Assembly (NCBI RefSeq): GCF_009834535.1
Contig: NC_045703.1
Span: forward strand, 51,026,001-51,090,000
Origin: Camelus ferus
Taxonomy: Eukaryota
DNA length: 64,000 nt
Reading direction: 5' to 3'
How positions within the stretch are numbered: position 1 is the stretch's first letter; each line of letters opens with the position of its first letter. Below the pieces are notes generated by a model. It ran no database searches. It saw only the letters and a program-made list of their open reading frames with translations, and was not told the origin of the DNA. The translations under genes and the position numbers were made by a program. Below are positions 22,861 to 33,830 of this stretch, one piece after another.

Positions 22861-23745
22861 GTTCTTAGAAGAAAAGACTCATGACAAGAGAAGGAATGGA
22901 GAGAAGGCCAAAAAGAATGTCAAGAGTAAAATGCTTTGGACAGCCCATCAATATATGCGTACAGCACTCCCACAGGCCTTGCACAGCACAATTAGTGGTA
23001 ACAGACTAACTCCTGGAAGACGGGATCTTTTTACTAAAAACAGAAATTTCTGCTGGTAAAATCTTAAAGTAGGGCTGAGTTTTTCTGTACAAACTTACCT
23101 TGGTTAATTCACTGCCATTTAAAATAGTTAATGCCTCCTGGCTTTAGAAGTAGGAAAAAAATTCCCTGGGAACAGATACAAAATCTTAAGGCACATACAA
23201 GCCAGCCCTCTGGTGTCAACTTGCTTGGCATGACATCATAGGTATAATCTCTTAGAGAAGAACATTTATTAGAGATGATCTGTACCTTTTCAGAGGTTTT
23301 ATTGATTCAGAAAATGGCAGAACCAGGAATGAAAACCAAGGGAAAATAAGATATAAATTCTTACATGAACTGAGACATTGATGATCAGAATAATCCAAAG
23401 ACAAATTATAACCTTTCAGCTTCAATAATTCTGCCTGGCTGTCTGTGCTCCCAGAGTCACTGAAGTATTGTTTCATGCTTTACTTGAATTGTTTGGTTGT
23501 GGTCATAGGCTTTGAAGTAGAGTTACTGGAACCTAGACAAATGAATAAGATTATAATCACAGGTATTCCTTCAACCATCTTTCCTGTAGACCCTGAAATG
23601 ATGGAGAAAAAATTTCACTAGAACTAACTACCAATAAAATAAAAAATAATTCCTCCCAATCTGATTTTAAAGGTATTTCCCCGGTGTTAATAATGATAGA
23701 TACAATCATTAGCTCCTTTGGGGAAAGGACTTTAAAGACAGAAAT

Positions 23746-24482
23746 TGTCACACATTGAACTTGAACACAGAATGAGTGGTTTCTAACACTATTTTTAATG
23801 CATCTGAGCTTAATATAAATTATTTGTCACATGAAATTCTAGCTGAAGGTGCCTTCGGGTGAAAGCAAAACAATGGGGTGAGAGGTTAGCCTTTGACATA
23901 TGGGAGCTCTGTCTATGAAGATGCTGCTTGTTGGGTCAGAGGATAGACTTGGGAGCCTGACCGTCTGGGTCTGAAGTCCAGTCCCCTCCTACCAACATCA
24001 AATTTCCAGCTGTGAGATCTTAAGCTAGGTACACCAATACTCGTGCCTCAGTTTCCTCATTGATAATATGAAGATAATAATTTATCTATAATTTGTGTGG
24101 ATACAGACTCATGTTCTAAATTGTGATGCTAGAGTTATAGCCTAAACAGCACGTGTAAGCTTCCAGAACATGCCAGAAGTAAGGGCTCTTCCTGGAGCCT
24201 GGGACAGTAGTTCTTTACAGAAGAAGCTGCTTTTGAATTCCAGCCAATGCTGTGGTGGGGTGAAGGGTCTACCTGGCTGGTCTTTGAGAGAAGGACAATA
24301 ATAGGGGTATTTCTCAAAGCTCCGATATATCAAAGGCCAACCTCTCACCCCTCTGTTCTGTTTTCACTGGCAGGCACCTTCAACTAGAATTTCATGTGAC
24401 AAATAATTTATACTAAGCCCAGATATATTAAAAATAAACTGTTAGAAGCCACTCATTCTATGGTCAAGATAAGTGTGTGACA
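23746..24482. repeat. Long imperfect inverted repeat: arms 23746-23908 and 24318-24482, 409-nt spacer
   Basis: Hand alignment 141/165 identical (about 85%), one 2-nt gap, including a 29-bp perfect core (23814-23842 vs 24384-24412). Confidence 0.95.
23935..24100 (+). mobile_element. MIR inside the inverted-repeat spacer
   Basis: agacttgggagcctgaccgtctgggtctgaagtccag...gtgcctcagtttcctcattgataatatgaagataataat. Confidence 0.8.
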
Positions 24483-24705
24483 CTCTGATTTCTAAGAACT
24501 TACTGTTTCCTGAAAGAGATAGGATATATGTCAAAAAAACTTATCATTTCACTCCCTGCTTAAAACACCTTAATGTCCTTTGGAGTAAAACCTATGTCCT
24601 TATCAGAGCATTTAGGATTTTTCTGGACTTTGTCCCTACCTGTCAAGTATAAGTTAGGGATGCTTCAGCTGCAAGTAATAGAACCTTCAATCAACAGTAG
24701 CTTCA

Positions 24706-24875
24706 ACCAGTGCTTCTCAACTTCTAATGTACCTTCCAATCACTGGGGCTTCTTATTAAGATGCACAGTCTGATATAAGAAGTCCTGGATGAGACCCGAG
24801 ATTCTGCATTTTTAACAAACTCCTAGGTGATGTTGATTCTGTTGGTTTGTGGCCTACAATTTAAATATCAAGACT
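24706..24875 (+). mobile_element. MER5B/MER5A1-type MITE
   Basis: cagtgcttctcaacttctaatgtac...gagacccgagattctgcatttttaacaaactcctaggtgatgttgat. Confidence 0.8.
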
Positions 24876-24976
24876 TTTAAAAAGTGGAATTTTCCCTTCT
24901 TCATAAAATAAGAAATCTGAAAATAGTTCCAGACTTTGTTTAGATCAATGAAGTCAGTGTTCTGGGCTTGGCACAC

Positions 24977-25188
24977 CAGGAATTGGCAAATTATGACCCA
25001 CAGGTCAAATCTAGCCCACTGATCGTTTTTGTAAATAAAGTTTTATTGGAACATAGCCTTGCTCATTTTTTAAAAATGTATTACCTGTGGCTGCTTTAAT
25101 GCTAGAAAGGCAAAGTTGTGACAAAGACCACATGCCTCAAACATTGACCTTCACCCAGCCCTTTACGAAACAAGTTTGCTCACTCCTG
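24977..25188 (+). mobile_element. MER58A (hAT-Charlie)
   Basis: caggaattggcaaattatgacccacaggtcaaatctagccc...gttttgtaaataaagttttattggaacatagcc...gtttgctcactcctg. Confidence 0.88.
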
Positions 25189-25449
25189 GCTTAGACATTA
25201 TTATTCACTTTGGAACTGGGACCAGCATTTCTCCCAAACTCAGTGGGGATTCTGTTGACAAGGATGAAAGCCTAAGAAGTAACCATGTTGACAACATGGC
25301 TCTTCTCCCTCACATCCTGCCGTCCCATCCCCTAACTCGTGACCCATCTCCCAGACATGGCTCACCATGGGCAGTTCCCCAAAGGCATTGAGCTTAAATC
25401 GAGCTTAATTGAGCTTCATTGGCTTCAGAAAATGCCAAGTGTATTTTGA

Positions 25450-25890
25450 AGACAGTGAGAAGACCACTGGCATAGAACGTTTGCGCAAAACAATATAAAA
25501 AGGCTTACCAGCTGGACAGGTTATTATAGGAGTGACACGGAGAATGAACACAGGTTCCTAGCTAAAGAGTTTGGATTTAAAAGTCAGTGATGGATCTTGA
25601 AGGATTTTAAAGCATGAGATCAGGCTATTGTTTTATGCTTTATATGCTTTATATTGCTTTATATGTTTATATGTTTTATATTGTCTTATTAGATTGTTTA
25701 TATAATTCTGATAACACTTGTAGGGTAACCCTAGCCCAGTGCCTTTTGTACTATCTCTACTTTCAAATCAACAAATATTTACTTTCACCACATGGCATGC
25801 ATGACCTTGGGCCAGGTTAGTGAGTTAAACAAAGATGAATGAGACTTGGACCTTGTCCTTAAACATCCAAACCAGCGAAGGACAAAAGAC
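25450..25890 (-). mobile_element. L2 fragments
   Basis: ctaaagagtttggatttaaaag...gaaggattttaaagcatgag and tttcaaatcaacaaatatttac...aaagatgaatgagacttgg. Confidence 0.55.
25629..25688. repeat. Degenerate 8-10-bp minisatellite (gctttatat)n
   Basis: About 6 imperfect units: ...gctttatat gctttatatt gctttatat gtttatat gttttatatt... Confidence 0.7.
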
Positions 25891-25899
25891 ACAACTGCA

Positions 25900-26140
25900 G
25901 AACTGGTTGTTAAGCTCTGGACTTAGACATACCGGGGATGGAATTTCAGCTTCTCCACCTATCAGCTTAGGCAAGTTATTTCAGTTCTTCTAAGTTCCTG
26001 TCTTTTCTGCCACAAGTGGTCCCAATAATAATAATGTCTGCCTCCTAGGCTTGTTGTGAGGATTAATGAAATAATAAATATAAAAGACAGTGCCTGACAC
26101 ACAGAAAGCTCTTAATACAATTTAGTCCTATTATTTTCAC
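25900..26140 (+). mobile_element. MIR
   Basis: ggttgttaagctctggacttagacatacc...cttaggcaagttatt...gcttgttgtgaggattaatga...cagtgcctgacacacagaaagctc. Confidence 0.85.
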
Positions 26141-26175
26141 TATAATCTTTATTTCCATAGGGAAGAGGATATTTA

Positions 26176-26312
26176 ATTTTTTATTAATTTTAAAAACATT
26201 TCTTTTCTTAGGGGGTAGGTAGTTAGGTTTATTTATTTTTTAGTGGCAGTACTGGGGATTGAACCCAGGACCTTGTACATTCTAGGCATACACTCTACCA
26301 CTCATCTCCTCT
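26176..26312 (-). mobile_element. Camelid-type tRNA-derived SINE
   Basis: gggggtaggtagttaggtttatttatttt...gtactggggattgaacccaggacc...actctaccact; degenerate TSD gggaagaggatattta (26160-26175) / gggaagaggacatcta (26313-26328). Confidence 0.88.
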
Positions 26313-26624
26313 GGGAAGAGGACATCTAGACTCTTCCTTCTGAAGTCCTCTCTCCCCTTGATTTTTTTTTTTTTTCAACTCTACCTTGTCACTGCACAGG
26401 GTCTTCCAGTTTTCTTGTAAGAGCAGTGAGAATGATGCTCTACAGAGGACCCAAGATTTGAGCAGAACCCTGACCGCCGATGTCCAGGCACCATGGGGAG
26501 TATGTTGTGTCTCAACTTAATCTGATTCAGTCCTGTTTTCATCCTCTCATTCCTGACCTTTGAGAATCATTTGTTGTAGAAAAGAACTAAGAACGCCATC
26601 ACGCAGCTAATGATCGGTCTCAAG

Positions 26625-26800
26625 GCATTCACTTGATAAATATTTATTCTACATTTCTGTGTGCCAGGCCCTGAGTCAGGACTGGGGACAGAGTGGTAGA
26701 CATGGCAGCCTCCGGCTCTGACCTCATGGAACACACAGCCCAGCAGACAGGCAAACAAACACCCCAGGACGAGCAGAGCCGTGGAAGCCAACGGAGCAGG
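26625..26800 (-). mobile_element. L2 3' end
   Basis: cattcacttgataaatatttatt...tgtgtgccaggccctgag...ctctgacctcatgga. Confidence 0.75.
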
Positions 26801-27549
26801 GCTCAGTCTAGGCAGTAAGACATCACCATGACCTTCCACCAAGGACCACATTGGGAACCTCAAGTGCAGGGTGGGACTCTCCATTGCCCAAACTGGAAAC
26901 CCAGGGTGAAACCAATAATTGAAAGCTTCAGATCTAAGTAAGGGATTAAGCAGTAGGATATTGAAGTTCAATTATATATCATCAGTTTTACATTGCAAAA
27001 GAATGTAGGCTCTCGGGACAGTTTTAACCACTCCAAACTATTTTCTGGCCAGAAATGTTAGTTCATCAAAAGCAATCTGACAGCAAAGGGATGATTGCTG
27101 ATATTTCCTCTGCCCTCCTCCAGTTCTCAGGATGACAATTCTCTGGAAACCACCCATGAAGAGTCAACCGTGAATCTGGACTCAAAATAATGTAGGACTG
27201 TTGGAGAGCACCAACTCCATCAACTGGGTGAGGGATTGGAGATGCCCCAAATTTGCTTAGTTAGCAAGGCTGAGCCGGTCTCCGTGAAAATGGTTGTCCT
27301 AATGGTCACAGGGTTTACAGCAATTTTATGTAAAAATAGCATTCAGCTGCCTAGCCATCTGGCAAGGACCTGATAGCCATGCCTTGAGATTCAGGAAGTC
27401 ATGACTGCCAAGTCCCAGCTGAGCGCAGCTGGGGTGGGGGTGAGGGTGGTGGCCGGGCGTTAGGACTCCCCTCCCACTGGAATGAGTCGGTGTAGGATCA
27501 GGGCCCAGCTGACCTCGGATTCAGCCCCTCACACCTGACTCACTCCGCG

Positions 27550-27594
27550 ATGGCGGAGGCTGCCTCAAACCACAACTTGAGGATCTCCCCAAAG
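27550..27594 (+). CDS. Candidate first coding exon (MAEAASNHNLRISPK), unverified
   Basis: ccgcgATGG strong Kozak, 15 codons, perfect AAG|GTGAGT donor, AP-1 TGACTCA at 27536-27542, local CpG cluster; no homolog recognised and no downstream exon identified. Confidence 0.22.
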
Positions 27595-28859
27595 GTGAGT
27601 GAAGGCAAACCTCCTGGCACTTCAGGATGGGCAAGGCTGGGAGTCCAGGCAGTAGTTTAAAATAAAAAAAAAAAAAAAAGAAGACCTGCCATTTGTTGAG
27701 CACTTACTCCGTGTCTAGCAGAGTCCTAAATTCCACTTGAATTACCTGGTAGCCATTTTAGTAAGTGGTTAACGTGAGGGCAGTCCTGCAGGGCAAGGAG
27801 TGGGGACAAGAGCTAGAAAAGTAAGTGTACTTGGAGGGCTGAGATAAGAATTCAGAAACTGAGACCAAGGGAAAGGTCCAGCTCTGTGAACAGGTACCCT
27901 CAAAGAGAGGTTAGCAGTCTGGGGAGTCACTTCAGCTTAGGGGCCATGTTAAGAGAGTCAAGACCAAACAAAGCAGAGAGGAGGGCAAAGAGGGGCTTGG
28001 GAAGTGAAGAGGGAGCCAGAGATGGGTTTGGGTTCTGGGTTCCAGGCTAACTCAGAGTGAGAGAAAGCAGCCCTCTGCTAACCAGCTGCTGGACGCTTGC
28101 CAGGCCGGAAGAGGGCTCAGACTGCCTAAATGATTCTTGCTCCGTGACTCCCGGGGTTGGAGGCCGTGGCCCGCACAGAAAGCAGCAAGGGGATGGGATG
28201 AACGGGCAGGCTGTAAAGGGCAACACAGTCAAGGGCTGTCACTTACTGGGAAGGGAACACTGATTCCCATGCAAGACTTAGGCATTTCTGAGGAAAAAAT
28301 TAGGATTACCTCAGGCTTTTGGGAAAAAATGTACCTTCACTTTTACCAATTCATATTCTCCCTCCCCATCTCCAAACAAATGCCCCACCTCTTTTCCATC
28401 CTGAGACAGGCGACTGACAGCAGGGCTAATATGCTAGATTCTGTAGTTAGTGGGAAAGGATGTAAATGACTACAGGGTCGTTTTTGAGGGACAGCTGCTC
28501 ATTCAGAGAGCACGGTGGGCTGAGGGTTCAGGAGAGTGAAAATGCATCACAAAGAAATAACAGGGATGCTCTGAGGTCCCCTCCTCACTCCTCATCACCC
28601 AAGAATTATGGCAAGGGGCAGAGAGGAGACATGGTAGCCAAAACAGTGTGGGTCTCAGATCCTAACACTAGCTCTGCCAGCTCCTCATGTATGAGCCTTG
28701 GGGCTGCTCTCAGCCTCCAGTGTCTGCATCCCCTACAGTGGGGGGGGGGCTGTGCTTTATGATGCTGAGGAATGTTGGGGCCAGATAAACTGATGAGAAA
28801 GCCTTCTCCTCCCCATGTTCCCATACACCTTAGCCAGAAACCTGGGAGTCACAGGAGAT

Positions 28860-29160
28860 GCCTCACTCCCTTGTTTCTCACCTCCTACTATTTCCTTCAC
28901 ATAAATCTCTCTTGAATTCATCTCTTCCTCTTTCTCCCAATTGCCCCTGCCTTAAGTTAGGCTCTCATGCTCTCTTACCTGGATACACTGGTTCCTGGTG
29001 TCTAATTTTACCCTCCATTTATACATCAGTCATTCACCCCCACCCACCATTAAATAGCTTCTAGAGAGGAGGTATTCTGTCTTTTCTCTCTGCATCATCA
29101 GGGTCAAGCACAGTAATATGGAATAGGCTCCCCACAGAGTGTCTGATGAATGAACACCTA
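28860..29160 (+). mobile_element. L2 fragment
   Basis: ttaagttaggctctcatgctctcttacctggatacact...tctgcatcatcagggtcaagcacag...gtctgatgaatgaa. Confidence 0.6.
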
Positions 29161-29366
29161 GGTCAAGGAATGCATTAACTGAACATATGCACAAGCACAT
29201 TTTTTATAAGATAGTAAATGAATGCAAGCTATTCCTTTTTTAAAAAGTCCAATAAGCGTGATTATTTATGGATCTGGCACTGTGCTACTGTGCTAGGTAC
29301 TGGGATAGAAAGATAAGTTAGGTGCACTCCCTGACATTCAATTTCCACCTAGTGAGCAAGGCTGGC

Positions 29367-29927
29367 TGCACTAGTCAAGGTTCTCCAGAGAAACACAACT
29401 AATAGGAGATTTTACATATATATATCCCTATATATATGTTATTTTATATATATATAACCCTAGGGTTAGGGCTATGGTTAGGGATAGTGCTTGGGTTAGG
29501 GTTAGAGGTAGGATGAGGGCTAGATTGAGGGCTAGGGTTAGGGCTAGGGTTAGGGCTAGAATTAGGGTAAGTGATTGGGTTAAAGAATTGGCTTACATAA
29601 TTGTGGGGTCTGGCAAGTCCAAAATCTGCAGAGCAGGTTGGCAGGTTGAGATCAAACAAGAAGTGATGCTGCAGCTTGAATCTGAAGGCAGTCTGGAGAT
29701 GAAATTCTCTCTTACTCAAGGAGACCTCAGTTTTAGTCTTGTAAATCCTTCAACTGATTAGACAAGGCCCACCAACACTACGGAAGGTAATTTGCTTTAT
29801 TCAAAGTCTGCTCATTTAAATCTTAATCTTATCTAAACTATACCTTCACAGCAACATCTAGCCTGACATTTGAGCTGACATCTTGGCACCGAAGCCTAGC
29901 CAAGTTGACACATAATAAACCATCCCT
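29367..29927 (-). mobile_element. MLT2B-type (ERVL) solo LTR
   Basis: tgcactagtcaaggttctccagagaaacacaactaatagg...aagaattggcttacataattgtggggtctggcaagtccaaaatctgcag...cctagccaagttgacacataataaaccatc. Confidence 0.9.
29455..29583 (+). repeat. Degenerate telomere-like (TTAGGG/CTAGGG)n array
   Basis: taaccctagggttagggctatggttaggg...gggctagggttagggctagggttaggg. Confidence 0.9.
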
Positions 29928-30089
29928 CAGGTACGTGACAGCACAATTATACTGTTATATACGTGTGTAAAGTGAGCTAGGTCTTTCTTTCATAAGACAT
30001 TTCTCCAGACACTTTCACATTTCAACTAACATTTTTAACTGCTCTCTCCGCATACGCCATGCTCCCGACTGGGGGCTTCCACAGGTTTG

Positions 30090-30250
30090 TCCTTCAGTCC
30101 TCACAACAACTTGTGATACGGGGATTGTTCTCTCTTCAAGGTAAAAGAGGCCCTGGCAAACTGCATGAGGCTCCACAGCTAAGAGCAGTGGGGCTGAGAT
30201 TTGAGTAAAGGCCTTTCCACCCCAAGTTCAATGATCTTTCTACCACATCA
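30090..30250 (-). mobile_element. MIR fragment
   Basis: cctcacaacaacttgtgatacggggatt...gggctgagatttgagtaaagg...cccaagttcaatgatctttctaccacatca. Confidence 0.65.
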
Positions 30251-30744
30251 TGATTCCTTTAATAAACATCTAGCTTCAAGACTTGCTTTTCCTCCAAAAA
30301 GCACTTGTTTTGCCAGGAAATCTGTTGTACCATGAGGTTTTTGTAAGAGGGACCCTCTACATACAAAGATGTGAATCAGTTTTCCCAGCTCATTTTGCAC
30401 TAGCTCGACATCTGGGAGAGGGGCCTGATTGATCACAACCATATGAAATAGAGAACCTGAAGCGGAAGCTTCTCGGATATCATTATTATGACTGAGGTGT
30501 TTTATTTTTTTCCACGAAAAATTTGTCTCAACTTCAGACCAGACACAGAGCACACAGCCCCAAGTCTCTCTCAATGGAGAAGATAGAATTGTGGGCATGG
30601 GGGTAATCTGTTCCGTGTCTGCTCAGTATATAAAGAGCATTCTGCTTTAAACTTACCCAAATTAAGTGGAAAATGGACTGCAAGTTGAAAAATGCATTGT
30701 CTCTGGAATTCCAACTTTCAATAGGAAGAAAAAAAAAGACACAT

Positions 30745-31900
30745 GATCTGGATATATAAATTCAGTAAATATTTATTGATGACCTACTAAAAGCCAAACA
30801 CTGTTGACCCTTCAAGAGATATCAAATGAGTAGGACAGAGTCTTTAACCTCAGGGACATAAGGAATGGAGAAAAATGGAGAAGAATGGGAGAAATAATAT
30901 TTCTTGAATGGCTCTTATAGGGCAGTCATTTTCTCATTTAATCCTCGTAACAACCCCATGAGGTAGATTGTGTAGATATAGTCCCTTTTTATAAAGGAGG
31001 AGACTTGGTCTTAGCAAATGGAGTGGCTTGCCCTGAGAGCTCTCCCAAATCTCTCTCTAAATCCAAAGCTCATGTACTGTATCACATCACAGAGACGATA
31101 AACAAATATGCAAACTACTACAGCTAGTATAGAAATATACCACTGAGAAGTGGTCAAGTAAAGCTGGGGAATCTGAAAGTCTTATTGGAAATGGACTTTA
31201 AAAAAAACAGTGGTGTTTTTCAGGGAGAGATGAGAAAGACCCTGAGCAAGATTTGGAAGAAAAAGTAGAAGGTGTTTGGAAGATCAGAGTTGCGCAGGCT
31301 CTCAAGGAGCTTTAAAATCAGGATGATCATTTTAGAAAGAGTAATCTAAACATGGATTAGAGCAAAGCAGATTAGAAGAAAGGAAGACCAGATAGGAGAC
31401 CCTTGCAAGTGTGCTCAGAAGAGCCAGCAGGAAAGTGAAGGCAGACTTGAGAGAGATCGCGGTAGGGACTGTAGGTGGTACTAAACTGAAATGATTGATC
31501 CCTGAGTCCAGACTGCTGAGGAAGCAATGAAACCGAATTCAGGTGATGGAGTAGGTGCCCTGGTCAGAATCCTGGGCTGGAAGTCTTTCTAAAGATGAAA
31601 AGAAATGTACAGGGAGAGAGAGAGAAAAGGAAGTGGGGAGAGAGGAGAGAAGAGGGATTTTAGAGTTGGCTGTCCTGGAAGTGGAGCAGATCTGAGTGGT
31701 GACCAAGTGAAAGATGTGACCTTGCAGGGGGAGTAGCTGAGATGGACTGAGATGGAAAACAGAGCTCATCTGAGTGGAAGAGACCAGAGGATTATGAATC
31801 TAGATGTAATCGTGGAAGCTGGCAATGAAGCACATGGAAAGAAAGTCAGTACGCTGGAGGCTGAGGCACTGACGAAAGTGAGAAAAAGCCCTCAGAATCA
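30745..31900 (-). mobile_element. L2 interrupted by a MIR (about 30900-31085)
   Basis: attcagtaaatatttattgatgacctact...; ggagctttaaaatcaggatgatcattttagaaagagtaatct...; MIR catttaatcctcgtaacaaccccatgaggtag. Confidence 0.7.
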
Positions 31901-33054
31901 GTGGTAACTGGGATCCGAGAGCAGGGCAGAGTGCGGAAAAGTTGGGAATCTACCATGAGTCAGAAAAAAAAATTGTATGAAAATTGGAGACTGCATTTTC
32001 CTGCCATCATAGGAGGTATTTCCGTGAGGAAAAGAAAATTAAAGACATCTCACTCTTAACTTAAAATCAGGAAAGAAATAAAATATTAGATGTTCATGTA
32101 AAGAATTACATGTTCCATATTTGCTGGCAAGGAGTGTCAAGAGAGGCAACTAACACTGTCAGATCAAATTATAATGCCTTACCCTCACCTTTCCTCACCT
32201 GGCCTGCGACCGGCCGACCCAGTCTATTTAAACCTAGTAAAGAAGAGAGAACTGAGCAAATTCACTCTCATTTGTGTTGTATCAGTCGCTTGCTCTCACT
32301 GTAACAGGCTTGCATGTTCAAGGACACCCTGACCATCTGTATCACTTGTGATGTCAAGTTGAATGGACAATGTTGGTCTATGTAATGTGCAAGAGGACGG
32401 GCAGCCTGAGTGAATAACCTTGAATCAGTATGAGGCAAAAAAGGCAAGTCTGTCCAACATGGCGCCAGGAGCCAGCTGCATTCCAGTCCCATGACCTGGC
32501 GTTCAGGTTCCACGACTGGATCAGCAATTGTGCTCCAGTTGTTGCCTCTATTAACTACAGGGTTTTGCAAGCCTGGAACTTCCACCCACCCGGAGCACAT
32601 TGCTGAAGCTTATCTGGCATTTGTTAGTGAAGAGCTCATTGCACTGTCATGCAGTCTCTGGTTTAGACTTGATTCAATTGTCACATAATCCAGAGGGAAC
32701 ATAAAGAGCTCTGTGTGTTGATCCCCACGTAAGTTAAGTTTTCCTATTGTTAGTGCTCTGCCTGCTAGGGAATTCCAGAAAGTGTTGCTTAAAGGCTGTC
32801 TGGTAAGTCATGGCAAAGACATGAGTGGTATAGATGTCAGTCCTAAAGGAAGATGGAAGAGAACAGTCCTGGTTGTTGGCAACTGACCAGATGCATGTGC
32901 CTTGTGCTGACGTTAGAATCTCATTTGGAAGGAAAATTGGAGGATCAGTGAGTCCAATTGCTCATTCCAAGCAGCATTGTTGGAATATGGTCTTTCAGGA
33001 TCAGGGAGCTGGCTGCCTGATGGGAAATGGCTATATTAACAAAGCTGAAATCTC

Positions 33055-33235
33055 TATTAGGAGCTAATATTGACTGAGTGCCCACTGTGTACCGAGCACT
33101 GTGCTAGTTCTATAAATGCATTATCTCATGCATAAGAAGCCTGAGATACAGGCTGGGTCCTCGCATTCCCATTTTCCAGATGGGAAACAGACTGGAGTCC
33201 TATGGAGCCAGGATTTGAACACACATATACAGGTT
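33055..33235 (-). mobile_element. MIR
   Basis: taatattgactgagtgcccactgtgtaccgagcactgtgctag...cccattttccagatgggaaacagac...ccaggatttgaacac. Confidence 0.8.
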
Positions 33236-33469
33236 TGGAGGACAACAGGACATGTGTTCTCCCTACTCACGTTCCATGCTGGTTCCCAAGGCCTCTGTGT
33301 TACATACTTGAGGATACAACATTCACTTTGAATTCTCTGAACTGTTCCCTTGGGCCTTGTGTAACTCCAAAGTTCTGCCAGCTCCTCTCTGGGGTGACAT
33401 AAATCTACAGATTCTTTCATCATAATATTAGTAATAATAACAACAATCAGTTTTTAAGTATTTGGCAAA

Positions 33470-33625
33470 CACATTCTTTTCTTTCATCACGTCTTATAAG
33501 ATGAATAGAACAAGTAGTTCATCATTCAGTTTACAGATAAGGAACCAAGACTCAGATAACTCAATTCCTTAAGTCATGGCTGGTAAAGCAAGGACTCCAG
33601 GACCCAAACTCAGGTCTTCTAACAT
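33470..33625 (-). mobile_element. MIR fragment
   Basis: cagtttacagataaggaaccaagactcag...ccaggacccaaactcaggtcttctaac. Confidence 0.75.
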
Positions 33626-33631
33626 CGAGGC

Positions 33632-33830
33632 CAATGGTTCTCCGAATGTGGCTTCTGGACTAGCAGGAACAGCAGCAGCTAGGAATTTGTTTAAATGCAA
33701 ATTGCCAAGGCCCACCACAGACCTAATAAATCAGAAACTCTGGGGTGGGTCCAGCAATCTCTTTTGAAACAAGCCCTCCAGGTACCAGGTGCCTGCAATG
33801 TACTTTCATTCGAGTTCAGTCTGGACCAGT
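33632..33830 (+). mobile_element. MER5A
   Basis: caatggttctccgaatgtgg...ggaatttgtttaaatgcaaattg...aatcagaaactctggggtgggtccagcaatct...acaagccctccagg. Confidence 0.88.

Noticed and set aside
23252-23751. Two adjacent protein-looking minus-strand ORFs next to the inverted repeat (tested as viral or transposase remnants)
   Set aside because: No recognisable motif in any frame; short and AT-rich
29444-29761. PNPS/VRVRAR repeat-rich ORFs
   Set aside because: Artefacts of translating the telomere-like hexamer array inside the LTR
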